The notes under the pieces are model-generated. The model did not search any database. It saw only the letters and a list, made by a program, of their open reading frames with translations, and was not told where the DNA came from. Positions 1-12,511 of a stretch of 64,000 bases of DNA are shown in pieces (within the stretch, counting starts at the first letter, position 1; every line of letters starts with the position of its first letter). Where the stretch lies: assembly GCF_000143415.4 (NCBI RefSeq), contig NW_003314370.1:501629-565628 (forward strand), in the 5' to 3' direction. The position numbers and the translations under genes were made by a program. This stretch comes from Selaginella moellendorffii (Eukaryota; Plantae; Lycopodiophyta).

Positions 1-2247
1 GTTGTTTCGTGGACTACGCTCATATCTGGATACGCTCAAAGTGGTGACGCTAGCTTGGCTCTAGAGCTCTACGAACGAATGAAGGCCGAGAAGCTAAGAC
101 CAAACGCGAGAACGATGATTGCTGCTGCGAAGGCTTGCACTCAACTTGCAAGAGAAGACGAGAAGGAAATTGGCTTGGAAAAAGGTCGGGCGATCCACTC
201 GGAGGCAGTAACGGGTGGATTCGAGTCGGATATCTTCGTTGCAAACGCGCTGATCGACATGTATGGAGAGTGTGGGAGCTTGCCGGAAGCTCGACAGGTT
301 TTCGATAGAATGCCACAGCGTGATATCGTTTCGTGGAACATCATGATTCTGAAGTATGCTTCGAGCAGTGATCCGGGACATGCTTTGGAGCTCTTTGACA
401 GGCTGAAACAACGAGAAAAAAGACAAGAACAAGGCTTGAAAGCAAATGCTCGAACTTACGTTGCAGCACTCAAGGCTTGCGCTGAGCTTTCTTGTGGAAG
501 CCACCAAAGAGAAGGAGACGAAGGAGTGGATTTACAAAACAGGAACAGGTGTCTAGAAAAGGCTCGAGAAATTCAATCGCAAGCCGAGAAGGATGATTTT
601 TCTTGCGATGCTTTTATCGGCAGCTCGCTCGTGGATATATTTGCAAAGTGTGGGAGGCCGGAAGAAGCTCGCCAGGTCCTCGAAAGAATGAACAACAGGG
701 ATGTGATCTCATGGAGTGCTCTGATTCTGGGATATGTTCACAGTGGAGAAACAAATCTAGCGTTGGAATGCTTCGCTCGGATGCAAGAAGAAGATGGTTT
801 GAAACCCGACGCTCGAGCTTACGTTGCCGGGATAAAGGCCTGCTGTGCAGGTTTTCGAGCTAAACCGGAGGAGCAGGCAAAGTTTGTGAGCGCCGGAACA
901 GCGATACACTCTCGGCTTGGTGACTATGAATCGCAAACTTTGGTGGCAAACGCTCTAGTGGATATGTACGCCAACTTTGGAAGGATGGACGACGCGAAGA
1001 GGGTGTTTGATAGGATGAAGCAGCGAGATCTCATCTCGTGGACGGCATTGATTCTGGGATACGCGAAGAGTGGGAAGAGCGAGCTTGCATTGGAGCTCTT
1101 TGAGCGCATGCAAAGCGAAGAAGGATTGGAACCGGATGCTAGAACTTTTGTTGTTGCTCTCAAGGCTTGCTCCGAGGCTGTGAGTGGAAGTGGAGAGAAA
1201 ATGGCCGAGAAGGAGAAGATTGATGCTTCTTTGAGAGCTTGGTGCCTGGACAAAGGTGCTGCTCTCCACGCTCAAGTTCTGCAAGGCGGGCACGAGGACG
1301 ATCTCTTCGTTGCAAATGGTCTGCTCGAGATGTACGTGAAGTGTGGGAGTGTGGGAGACGCTCTTAAAGTTTTCAACAGGATGAAGCAACCGGACTTGGC
1401 AGCTTGGAACTTGATGATCACAGGTTATGCTCAGAGTCGTGACGAAGCAAGCTTGGCTCTCGAGCTTTTCTCCAGAATGAAAGAGCAACGATCGCTACTG
1501 CCGGATGCTAGAACTTACGCTGCGGTAGTGAAGGCTTGCACCACTCTCGCGGCACTGGAAACCGGGAGAGAAATCCATGCTGAAAGTCGCAAGGCGGGAC
1601 TCGAGAGTGACGAGCTTGTCGCGAGTTCTCTGGTGGATTTCTACGCGAAGTGTGGGAGCATGGCCGAGAGCGAGCAAGTCTTCGAAGCCATGTCTCGAAA
1701 GAACTTGGTAGCGTGGAACGCTCTCATCGCAGGCTATGGCTACCACGGCGACACCGGGAAAGTTTTCTCCCTGTTCGAGAGGATGCAAGCTTCTAGTTCT
1801 CTACAACCAGATGGAGTGACGCTTCTCTGCGTGCTCAACGCATGCAACCACGCGGGGCTCGTCGACAAAGGGAGGGAGATCTTTGAGAAGATGCGCTCCT
1901 CGTCTAGCAGCTTTGGCGTGGCTCCCGGACTTGGGCACTACACTTGCATGGTCGATCTTCTCGGGAGGAAGAACCATCTCCGGGAAGCGCTGGCTATGGT
2001 GGAAGCGATGCCTATTAGAGCGGACAGGGTGATATGGATGACGGTGCTAGCGGCCGCTTGGAAGTGGAAGGATGTGGAAGTGGCCAGGATCGCGTTTGAG
2101 GCAGTGGTGGAGCTAGACAGCGAGGATTCGGCAGCTTACTCGCTCATGGCAAACACGTATGCCGCGGCTGGAATGTGGAAAGAAAGCCACGAAATACGAA
2201 GAAGAATGAAGACGATGGATCATCACTCGAGAGTTCCATCTAGCTGA
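1..2247 (+). CDS. PLS-class pentatricopeptide repeat protein with E-type C-terminus (5' end outside the window)
   Basis: Frame is open from base 1 (VVSWTTLISGYAQSG). Repeated P-L-S motifs (ANALIDMYGECGSL..ARQVFDRM; SWNALIAGY), HYTCMVDLLGR, E-domain AAYSLMANTYAAAGMW. No DYW domain. Intronless. Confidence 0.95.
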   Translation, partial: VVSWTTLISGYAQSGDASLALELYERMKAEKLRPNARTMIAAAKACTQLAREDEKEIGLEKGRAIHSEAVTGGFESDIFVANALIDMYGECGSLPEARQVFDRMPQRDIVSWNIMILKYASSSDPGHALELFDRLKQREKRQEQGLKANARTYVAALKACAELSCGSHQREGDEGVDLQNRNRCLEKAREIQSQAEKDDFSCDAFIGSSLVDIFAKCGRPEEARQVLERMNNRDVISWSALILGYVHSGETNLALECFARMQEEDGLKPDARAYVAGIKACCAGFRAKPEEQAKFVSAGTAIHSRLGDYESQTLVANALVDMYANFGRMDDAKRVFDRMKQRDLISWTALILGYAKSGKSELALELFERMQSEEGLEPDARTFVVALKACSEAVSGSGEKMAEKEKIDASLRAWCLDKGAALHAQVLQGGHEDDLFVANGLLEMYVKCGSVGDALKVFNRMKQPDLAAWNLMITGYAQSRDEASLALELFSRMKEQRSLLPDARTYAAVVKACTTLAALETGREIHAESRKAGLESDELVASSLVDFYAKCGSMAESEQVFEAMSRKNLVAWNALIAGYGYHGDTGKVFSLFERMQASSSLQPDGVTLLCVLNACNHAGLVDKGREIFEKMRSSSSSFGVAPGLGHYTCMVDLLGRKNHLREALAMVEAMPIRADRVIWMTVLAAAWKWKDVEVARIAFEAVVELDSEDSAAYSLMANTYAAAGMWKESHEIRRRMKTMDHHSRVPSS

Positions 2248-2331
2248 CCAAAGAAAGAATCATCAAAACGAGGATCAGAAAACCATCCATCCATACAAAC
2301 ACAAATCTATACTAATTTATACTAGTTTATT

Positions 2332-3674
2332 TCATGACCATATCATTGCAACTAAACCCACTGCTGCTGCTGTGATCACCACTCCAATTAATATGGTGAT
2401 TGATGTGAATGAGCTATCATATGTGTTCTCTTGGGTTTCATCTGGGTGATCGATGAAACCGAGCTCAGATAATTTCTTATGAGACCACGCATAATCACGG
2501 AAAAATGTGTCTTTATCCTGCTCTCGAAATTATTATAATCATCTCCACAAACCTTGTGATCGATTACCTTGGCATAAGTTTCAACATATTGACGAAATAC
2601 TTTGTCATCCATCAAACACGTATCTGTTGGTAGCTTTAAAAGTCCAGTTTTTTCTCCTTCAATCAGCTCACTATTCACATGGGATAGAAGAAAAAAAAAA
2701 TGGTAAAAAAAAAGACTTGAACAGGAAGAAAGACTTATACATGAAATAAGAATTGTCAAAGGTCAGAGGATTTGATGTCCATGGTCCATCAAATCCTGAT
2801 CTGTCCTTGTGAGCTCTTCCCTGCCAAAAATGTCTTTAAAAAAAACTTTATAAATCCCAAAGGTCTCACCAGTGTATGACCACCAGATAATGCAACTATA
2901 TCTTTGTCATTTAAGCCCATCCTACCAAAAACATCTCTCAAGTGATTTGCACCTAAATTGCAAATTTAGAGATCATAAATGAAAATTATCATATCAATAA
3001 GAAAAGTATTTAGAAATTATCAATGACCTTGAGAAGCATCTGGTAAACGCCCTTCAGGGGGTATTACTGAAGAATCCTGTAAGAAAAAAAAGAAAATGCA
3101 TGGTGTTCAAAGATTAATGTTTTACCATACTTTTCTTCCTGAAACAAAATTGATTGTTGGTCCTCCAGTGACTTCCACTGCTGTAACTCCTGCTAGCTAA
3201 TTATCCAAACAACATATATATGAGCCAGATACATTATTTATCTTTTTATTTCAATATGCAAACCTGGTAAAGATCTGCATAGCTTATTTTGGGGCACTTC
3301 TCTTTGATTTCCTCTAGAAAAAATAAATCATGATTACCGCAGAATTCAGCCAAAAGTAAACTCTACTCACCACAAAGATCAATAGCAGCCTTAATGCCCC
3401 TATTTGCAAAATGATTATATTCACCCTCTAGTCGAATTGATCCATTTGGACCTCCTGTTTTTGTTTCCCGATCATAGGTTCCTGCATCATGCCACCTTAA
3501 AGAAAAAAATGTTTCAAGATCATACAAATAAACCAAGCTCCATATATTCACTTACGCTAGCCTTAGCATGATCGGAGCACATTGCTTCTCAACAATCATT
3601 CCACGGAGCTCTTGCCTGGCCTCCTCGATTTCCATGACATACTCATCATCAACAAGGGGAACTTCAGCAGCCAT
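2332..3674 (-). CDS. APX: L-ascorbate peroxidase, multi-exon, with C-terminal hydrophobic anchor (peroxisomal APX3-like)
   Basis: Exons encode [72 protein letters not shown], then the tail [22 protein letters not shown]. Confidence 0.92.
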
Positions 3675-4101
3675 GGTGTTTTCTAGTCCCGCCCCCAAAG
3701 TTTTATACCACAGAGGATCACTTCCTTACCTTGGAAACTACCCAAAGATATCCCAAGTGTTTAAACCAAGTTTCCAAAGAGCCCTCAATTTCGAGAGCTA
3801 TTGGCGGGAAATCGAAGATCCTAAAGTTCCGCTTTATGGCTGGCTGGTAAGATGGATCGGTGCTTCAATCGCTGCCCGCTGCCTACTATTTAATCTAACA
3901 CGGTGGCGCGTCGTTTTCCGTGGCATAGAAAATTCAGCTCACAAGGGGCCCATATAAGTCCACAGCACTACCTTTTTTATGTACGAGATCCTTGCGACTT
4001 CCATCGCGCAGAGAAATGTAAGAACTGGTACTGTTTCTTTTTTCTTCCTATTCCCGCGGTAGAAGGCGTAGAAGAATTCTTTAGTTTCTTCTCGCGGAGG
4101 A

Positions 4102-5923
4102 ATGGATCTCATCTGGAATGTTGTCACAGCAGGGGTCTCTCTGATAGCAACGATATGTGTTTGGCAACTGGCTCGCGATTTTCTTTGGAGGCCTCGGCGG
4201 CTCCTCCAGGCTTTCAAGCAGCAAGGCGTCCTGGGACCGGTTCCACGCTTGTTCCTCGGGAACTTGGATCAAGTACGCGAGCTCATGGCAGTCGAAGTTG
4301 CCAAGAGTTCCACTGGCGAAATTAGAGACGACAATCATGGTGGCGTTGTGGCGAAAGTCCTTCCTTACTATGCAGCGTGGTCCAGATCATACGGTACGAA
4401 ATCGATCGTTTTCCCAGTTTTTGTGGATGATTGAAGCTCGCGGAATGTGTACGCAGGTCAAACGTTTTTGGTGTGGTGGGGATCACAGCCAAGGCTGATG
4501 ATAAGCGATCCAGAGCTGATGAAAGAAGTGCTTTGCGACAAAAGTGGGAGTCTTGACAGGGATCCCGGCCAGCATGCTGCCAGGGATTTGTTTGGGGATG
4601 GGATCGCGTTGCTGACTATGAACGAGAGATGGTCCCAAAAGCGAAAGATGGTCTCTTTGGCTTTCCACAACGAGAAGCTCAAAGTGATTAACTCTCTCTA
4701 TTTTGAAAGTTTTCATTTTTCTTTCTCCACCAAGCTTCTAAATGTTTTCATTTGCAGTTGATGATCGATGCTATGGTAGCTTGCGTCGAGGAGAACCTCA
4801 AGCAGTGGAAAACCACCGAGGGACCGGTGGATGTTGCGTCAAAGCTCCGAGGCATCACACAGGATGTTTTGTGCCGGACGGCTTTTGGGACGAGCTACGC
4901 GGCAGGAAAGGAAGTTTTCGAGATGCAAATCGAGCAGCAATACATTCACTTGGAGTGGCAAGGTCAAGTTCATCTCCCTGGTTTTAGGTGCGGTTTTTGT
5001 CTCTTTCTCTTCGTTCTATACGCCTTCTTGATAAACGTAAGCGCTTCTTTAGATTTCTTCCAACGTCCACCAATCGACGCAGGTGGACTTTAAAGCAACA
5101 AATCGACAGCAAGCTTCGACAAATCGTCGTAAACCGATTGAAGGAGTCGAGTGTCAGTGGATCATACGGGAAGGATCTCTTGGGATTGATGCTGGCTGCA
5201 AAAGATGGAGTTTTGGATTTTAACAACGGTAAGAAGCTGGACATCCAGGTGACGATGCAGGACGTGATCGACGAGTGCAAGACTTTCTTTTTCACGGGCC
5301 AAGAAACGTCGGCAGCTCTACTAGCGTGGACGATGCTGCTTTTGGCACTCAATCCCGACTGGCAGACTCGGCTACGTCAAGAAGTTTGTCAAGTTTGTGG
5401 ACAAGTCTCCGCTCCAAACACTTTGGAGATGCTCGGCAATCTCAAATCCGTAAACTTGCCATTCCTCTATTATCTTGTTATTTTGTAAAACTCTTTCTTT
5501 CTTTTGCTCCAGATGACAATGGTGATCAACGAGGCTCTTAGAATGTACCCCCCGGTTCCTTTGCTAAATCGCTACACACACAACAAGGTCAAGCTCAAAG
5601 AACTCGTCATCCCAAAAGGAACTCTGCTACTCGTGCCTCTGATCGTCATAAACTACAACGAGAAGTTCTGGGGGGGAGATGCCAAGAGCTTCAATCCAAA
5701 TAGGTTCGTCTCCCAACAGCAAAGGCCGTTCTTGCCGTTCTCGGTGGGGCCGCGAACTTGCGTGGGACAGAGCTTCGCCATAATCGAGACGAAGATCATT
5801 CTTGCGATGATCCTACGCAAGTTCACGTTTGAGCTCTCGGAAACTTACGTCCACTCGCCATTTCAGGTGCTAACTTTGCAGCCAAAGTTTGGCATGCCGA
5901 TGAATCTCCTGGCAAACCAGTGA
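4102..5923 (+). CDS. Cytochrome P450, CYP72 clan, 5 exons
   Basis: N-terminal membrane anchor, QGVLGP, IDECKTFFFTGQETS (I-helix), EALR (ExxR), FNPNRF, heme motif FSVGPRTCVG. GT-AG introns join the ORF pieces. Confidence 0.93.
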
Positions 5924-6059
5924 AAGTCTTCAAAGAACAATAACATTTTCCAAACTTTGACGAACAGTACGTAATTGGTTAAAGAAATATAAATTTGTGT
6001 TACCTTTTAACAAATCAAGGTTATGTTTTCAATACTGATTTAACTACAAATTAGGAAGA

Positions 6060-6361
6060 TTATAAGAAAAGGGGGCAAAAGGAAAAAAAAATTCATTTCC
6101 ATCCTTTACCTTTTGCTGTACATTGGAGCTATGCAAAATTATAGATAAGCCATAAATTTATTTTAGCTTTTTATTTCAAATGAAAATCTGGTAAAGACTT
6201 ATTTTCTTCTCTCTGAAAAACAAATCAAGATTAAGTAACACCCTTTATATTTGCTCACACTAGCTTATGATCTGAGCATATTGCTTCTCATCAATCATTC
6301 CACCAAACTCTTGGTCCATGACATATTCATGATCAATAAATGGAAATGTTCCAGCAGCCAT
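6060..6361 (-). pseudogene. Decayed 5' fragment of the ascorbate peroxidase gene
   Basis: GAGCATATTGCTTCTCATCAATCATTCCAC...CAGCAGCCATGGT matches APX exon 1 at ~3575-3676, with deletions. Left boundary approximate. Confidence 0.75.
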
Positions 6362-6644
6362 GGTAATTCCTATAACCGCCCCCGCCACCAAGAGCCCTAA
6401 ATTTCGAAAGCTATTGGCGGGAATGAGGACTCTCTACTCTTTGGCGCGTCGTTTTCCGGATCATAGAAATATCAGCTCAATGGGGCCTATCTCTCTTTGA
6501 AGTCCACGGCACTACCTTTCTTTTGTACGAGATCCTCGTTGCTTGCGACTTCCCATCACGCAGATACGTTTCTTTAGCAGGTTTTGAACAAGCTAACGTC
6601 AGACTTTTTAATTTTAATTCTCTCCTCTTTCCTTTCTACGAGGA

Positions 6645-7785
6645 ATGGATCTAATCTGGAATGTTGTCACAGCAGGGATCTCTCTGGCAGCAACCATATG
6701 TGTTTGGCAATGGGCTCGCGACTTCCTGTGGAGGTCTCGGCTCCTCCTCCAGGCTTTCAAGCAGCAAGGCGTCTTGGGACCGATCCCACGCTTGTTCCTC
6801 GGAAACTTGGATCAAATGCGCGAGCTCATGGCAGTAGAAGTTGCCAAGAGTTCCACTGGCGAGATTAGCAACGACAATCATGCTGGCGTTGTGGCGAAAG
6901 TTATTCCCTACTATGCAGCGTGGTCCAGATCATACGGTACGAGATCGATCTTTTCCCAGTCTTCGTGGAATCGTTCGTGATGATTGAAGCTCGATGAATC
7001 TTTGAACATGCGAAACGTTTTTGGTTTGGCTGGGATCACAGCCAAGGCTGATGATAAGCGATCCAGAGCTGATAAAAGAAGTGCTTTGCGACAAAAGTGG
7101 GAGCTTTGACAGAGAACCCGGCCAGCATGCCGCCAGGGATATGGGATTCCGTTGCTGACTATGAACAAGAGATGGTTTCAAAAGCGAAAGATGGTCTCTT
7201 TGGCTTTCCACAGCGAGAAGCTCAAGGTTTCAAAACTTTTAGTTTCTTCAGCTTCTGAATGTTTTCCTTCTTGTTTTCCCTCAGTTGATGATCGATGCTA
7301 TGGTAGCTTGCGTCGAGGAGAACCTCAAGCAGTGGAAGAACCGCTGGACCGGTGGATGTTGCGTTAAAGCTCCGAGACATCACACAGGATGTTTTGTGCC
7401 GGACGGCTTTTGGGACGAGCTACACTGCAGGGAAGGAAGTTTTCGAGATGCAAATCGAGCAGCAATACATTCACTTGGAGTGGCAAGGTCAAGTTCATCT
7501 CCCTGGTTTTAGGTGCGGTTTTTGTCTCTTTTCTTTTCGTTTTCTTCGCCTTCCTGATAGACTTATTAGATTTCTTCCAACGTCCACCAATCGACGCAGG
7601 TGGACTTTAAAGCAACAAATCGACAGCAAGCTTCGTAAACCGATTGAAGGAGTCGCCATGATCGAGACGAAGATCATCCTTGCGATGATCCTACTTAAGT
7701 TCACGTTTGAGCTCTCGGGAACTTACGCCCACTCGCCGTTTCAGGGCCAAACAGCCAAAGTTTGGCATGCCGATGAATCTCTCGG
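6645..7785 (+). pseudogene. CYP72-clan P450 pseudogene, tandem duplicate of 4102-5923
   Basis: Near-identical first exon. Frameshifts in exons 2-3. An internal deletion joins the DSKLR region to AMIETKIILAM and removes the I-helix and heme Cys. Confidence 0.9.
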
Positions 7786-7860
7786 CCAAAGAAAAATCAC
7801 ACTTTCACAAAACATAGATATATAAGTTTTTCTCTAATGAAAAAAGGAAGATCTTTATCA

Positions 7861-9481
7861 ATGGCGATGGCTATGGCATCGTGCAGTGGCAGAATCCCAA
7901 GTGGTCTTACATTGTCGCGAAGATCCAGGCACAGATTCGTGGCCGCTGCGTCCGAGGATGATTCCAGAGTAGCAATTCAAGAAGAAGCTTCTTCCGCGAT
8001 CGACGTTGTCAAGAAAGAATTTCAGGCAAGGAGATACCATGTGGAGAATGACAAAATGTTCGACATATTGGGCGCTTCCTTGGCAGTGCCGCTTCGTCTG
8101 GGAACAGGAGCTCTCGTCCAAGGGTATGAGAAAAAAAAAATTCTCTAATTTGATTTTCTATGCTTGGATATAGCTACAAGGCATCCTTTGTTCCCAAGGA
8201 GCAAGTTCCACCGTCGCAGTACTCGCTCTTTGATTTTGGAGGTAAAAAGTTTTTTTTTTTTCTTATAATCTGTAGAGAGTTTGGTAATAAATCAGGACAG
8301 AAGCTCGTGGAGACTGCAGAGCTAGGAGCTCGACCGCAACAGCCCATACAAATCTATGAATTCGAAGGGTAATCTTTCGTTTTTTCTTCTTTCGTTCTTT
8401 CATCGCTTACTGATGGTTTCTTTTTTTCCTTAGTTGTCCATTTTGTCGTAAGGTAACTCAGATTGCAAGCGATTGGAAAGGCCTGAAGAAAAGTGTGTTT
8501 GATTTCATAGGTCAGAGAAGCTGCTACGATCCTGGATCTCGACATCTTGTTTTATCCCTGTCCTAAAGACGGTCCAACCTATCGACCCAAAGCTATCGAA
8601 CTTGGTGGTAAAAAGCAATTCCCTTACATGGTAAGCTTTGCAAACTTTAAGCTTTCTATCAAATGCTCGTTTTTGTTTTGTTTTTTCGTCAGGTAGATCC
8701 CAACACGGATGTTGCAATGTACGAATCGGATGAAATCATCAAGTACCTTGTAGATAAATACGGTAAATTGTTTTCAAATACCACATAGACTTGTTAGTTT
8801 ATCCTCGATTGTTTTTCCAGGGAATGGGAAGGTGCCTTTTATGCTGTCACTGGGTTTCTTCACGGTAATGTATTGTGTATATATTTTTTCCACCGGCTTT
8901 TCATTTGCTATCAAATTATAACAGACTCTAACAGCAGGATTAGCAATGCTTGGGCGTGCAGGCAAGGTGAACTTTTACGTCTTTCACTTTGACGATACAA
9001 ACCAGGTTTTTGTTTTCAAACCAGGGATCCCAATACGTTCCTGCGAGAAAACCAGACAAGCCTCTAAAGATCTGGGCGTACGAGGTGAATTGAAAACTCA
9101 AAAAAGAAAGAGAGAGCTATATCTTAAAGCTGGATTTTGTGAGCAGCTTTCGCCTTTCTGTAAGATCGCACGAGAAAGGCTGGTTGAATTGGAGCTCCCT
9201 CACGTTTACTACAAGTAAGTCTCTAGTTTGTGTTTTCTTCTCTCGAGAGCTCTTTTTTAAGTCTCTACTTTACACTGTCCAGTGCCGCTCGTGGAAGTCC
9301 CAAACGAAATTATCTCTTGGAACGGACTGGAATTTTTCAGGTACTCATAAATTCGATACAATGGTGTTGGAATTACTCTTTTGTTTCCCAGGTTCCTTTC
9401 TTAGAAGACCCCAACACCGGCGTGGAGATGTTTGAAAGCTCGGAGATTATCAAGTATCTTAACACAACGTATGCCTTGTAA
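7861..9481 (+). CDS. Plastid-type thioredoxin/GST-N tandem-domain protein, many small exons
   Basis: Transit-peptide-like start. Domain 1: IYEFEG-CPFCRK-VREAATILDLDILFYPCP, GGKKQFPYMVDPNT..MYESDEIIKYL. Domain 2: SPFCKIARERLVELELPH, QVPFLEDPNTGVEMFESSEIIKYL. Confidence 0.88.
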
Positions 9482-9559
9482 AGAAAAGAGATTCTCATTT
9501 TATAGATAAATTCAAGCAGCAGTTTTGGAAGTAGATTATTAATTTTGGACACACGAAAT

Positions 9560-11334
9560 TTAGTTGTAGTACAGTCGGAGTTTTGGTTGAGTTTGGCACT
9601 CGACGTCCCAAACCATGCCTAAACCCTGAGGTTTTTCCCTGAATTTCTGTGTCTCTGGCAACACTCCCTTGCAAGGATTCATCTGGGAAAGATAGAAGTA
9701 GCAAAGTATTAGAAGTTAGAAAGAACTTCTACTAAAACTTACATATCGCCCGAGTGGGAACTCTGCTTTCACGTAATCGTGACCAACAAACTTCTGGTTC
9801 CAGAGCAAATCGTGAGAATAATATTTCCTGAAAAACGAAAAAACAAATCAGAGCATATCTGCGATTTAAAAACTTAAACTCGTACTCTGGTTGCTTGATG
9901 ACGATCTCTGAGCCATCTTCTTCATCGGCTTCAATATGTCCCCAAACAGTACCTCTAAAGTGATATGCCGGATAATGTTCCAATCCCAGTGTAAATCTCG
10001 TCACCGGAGTCTCAGACACGGGAATGCCCATGAATCTCTTCTCATTGTTTTCCTGATCAGAAATTTAATTAATATCAATTAATAAGAAAAACTCCATAAA
10101 ATTCTAGTAAGGAGACCAACCTTTCGTATGTCATGCTTGCAAGGATCGACCACATCCTTGAGGCTGTACTTAATTGTATGCTCCAGGGGCTCGAAAGGAT
10201 TATAATCTGGACGTGGAAAATCTCTCAAAATCATCTGCTTGTTGGCTATCGAACAGTATTGATACTGGTACCATCCTGCAAATTGGCAAATGAATGAATT
10301 AACTGAAAGCTTAAGATTTCTTACTGAGCTTGTCCTTGATGTAATCCGGAGACATTCCATTCAGCTCGTCCTCGATCTGCCTCTGTATGGGCTCGAAAAC
10401 TTGCATTCTCCACTTCTCATACAAGATCGCAAGCTTCTTGACATTCTTCTCGTCAACCAGCTCGATCATATCGCCCATTTGCCGCAGTATGTGTCCCTTT
10501 TTGTACTCCGAGCCTCTGGAATACGATCGATACATCTTTTCAAACTTGATCTCGTCTTTCCTCCTCTTGCGCTCCTTGATCCTCTCGACCAGCTTTTCCA
10601 GGGAAAAACAACGCAAACAATCAGCCAAAGAATCTCGCGAGAGCAACTTCAGAAGAGTTTACCTTAGAAACATTCTCACAAGAAAGATTTAGGTTCCAAC
10701 CTCCTTCTCCTCGGGTGAGTAGCACAGGAAATTCTCAACAGGTGTGTTCCTGAGCTTGTATCCGACTTGCTCACAATACCATCCTCGCCTAACTTTGTAG
10801 CCACGAACCTTATATTTCCTCTGCATGGATGATCACGTATCAATTCTTATGTAAAATCGTAAGATCGAGACTTACACGTTTCTTCCTGACCCGAGGAACC
10901 AGCTTTGAATCCGGCGGCGGCTTTGGAGCATGAACAACACTCCTGGGTGCGGGACAGCCTCGGATCCAGCGCAGGGGTTTGAAGAAATCCAGAAATGCAT
11001 CAGGCTTGGTCATGGTGATCTGGCCTTGGGGATTTGGCTCCTCCTCTTCATCCGCTTGCTTGGCCAACTTTGGGCGGAAGAACCCGATATACGAGAGTGG
11101 CTTGCATGGCGAGATCTCCCCCGGCACAACGGGAAGGTCGTGCGGGAGCCGCTTCTTCTTGTTCTTGCGGTATTTCTTCACCTTGGCTTGATCCAGGTGG
11201 TCGTCCAGCGGCGAAGCGGGCCGCCTCCTCTCCTTGTTGCGTGGGATCTCCACCTTTCTCCATGGAACTGGGAAGCGCTCCTTCTTGGAGTAGCGTTTCT
11301 TTGGCGGAGGAGCTCCCCAATTGTCCCAGGCCAT
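9560..11334 (-). CDS. Multi-exon protein with basic, Pro-rich N-terminus and a FAM228-like region
   Basis: GT-AG-bounded exons. Segments LYEKWRMQVFEPIQRQI, YCSIANKQMILRD..PDYNPF and YSLKDVVDPCK resemble recalled FAM228-family motifs. Product call is tentative. Confidence 0.55.
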
Positions 11335-11532
11335 GGCTAGAAATCTCTTTTGCAAGACAATAGAGATGGAGATTGAGAATGAGAGAGAGCAAACCCAAGA
11401 AAAAAGGAGGAGAACAATGGTGGAAAATTTGCGCGCGCTTGCTGCTTGAGCCGGCCGGCTTTCCTACCACCGTTTTCCACCTGTATGGTTTGCCACGTGG
11501 AATAGTATCTTTTTTTAAAAAAAGTTTGAAAA

Positions 11533-11702
11533 AGTACAACATAGCTGAAGGTACAAAGGATGATAGATTTGAAAAGAAATTATAACATAGTTGAAGGTAC
11601 AAAGGATGATAGATTTGAAAACAAACTATAACATGGCTGAAGGTGATAGATTTGGGAAACAGACTATAGTCTATACTTGAAGTTACAAAGGATGATAGAT
11701 TT
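11533..11702. repeat. Minisatellite, ~46-bp unit, about 4 imperfect copies
   Basis: The core CATAG(C/T)TGAAGGTACAAAGGATGATAGATTTGAAAA recurs in tandem. Confidence 0.85.
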
Positions 11703-11704
11703 AA

Positions 11705-11928
11705 TCACGGGTAGGTATATGGTAGCGGGGGGTGTTTGCATAGCTCGAACTGCTTCTTGAAGAAGTCTGGCTCGGTTGGCGCGATGAGATCCATGATCTC
11801 CATCATATCTGGAGGCTGCCCTAGCAGCTCGGCGTAGATCATCGCCCTCACGTATTGGCCCTTGGAAGCATAGAAATATGCGTTCGTCCGCCACTCTTTC
11901 TTTTGCTTTTGGCTTGGAGACTTTTCCA
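11705..11928 (-). CDS. Small hypothetical protein (~74 aa)
   Basis: ATG-initiated ORF MEKSPSQKQKKEWRTNAYFYASKGQYVRAMIYAELLGQPP..., GC-rich relative to its flanks. No recognised family. Confidence 0.4.
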
Positions 11929-12511
11929 TGTGTAAGTAAACCCTAGAACTTAGTTCTACCTTTATAGTAAAGCAACCAAAAGGCTCGCTAAACAAAGGAC
12001 GGTCCTTTTGGCTTTAGTTGATGTAGTTTACATAAATAAACTTTGTCAAGTAAAAATACAAGGAATCAAAGAAGAACTTCTAGAAAAGTCTTGAATTCTT
12101 TTCTATCAAGGAAGAGGTAAATAAAGTCAATCAATAAAAAGTTGTAAATTAAAAAAGGACCTCGTTGTCAAAACAAGCAACGAAGACGTATCGATAGATT
12201 TGCTGGAACTGGCATATTTCTTCCTCGTGACACGACACGAAGAGGCGAATATCCTCTCCTTGGAAGAGGCACAAGATAAGATATGGCCATGGTGTGGCTG
12301 TGAGTGACAGCAAGCTTGGAGTAGTTTTAACCCCAGGTACATTTCTTGGTAGATTTATTTACTACTTTTACCCAATATGATTTCATTGTTCTAGGGTTGA
12401 TTGGAGGCTCCGGCTTATCCGCTTCGTCGGGGAGAGCAGTGCTAGGGTTGCGCGATTCGCAGGGCGGGGATTGTTTCTCACGAATTCGGGGATCGTCTCT
12501 ATCGCGGCGCC

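Noticed and set aside
50-1788. Minus-strand ORFs within the PPR gene
   Set aside because: Shadow ORFs of a long coding sequence.
11533-11702. Possible CRISPR-like array
   Set aside because: Head-to-tail repeats without unique spacers, eukaryotic context, no cas genes.
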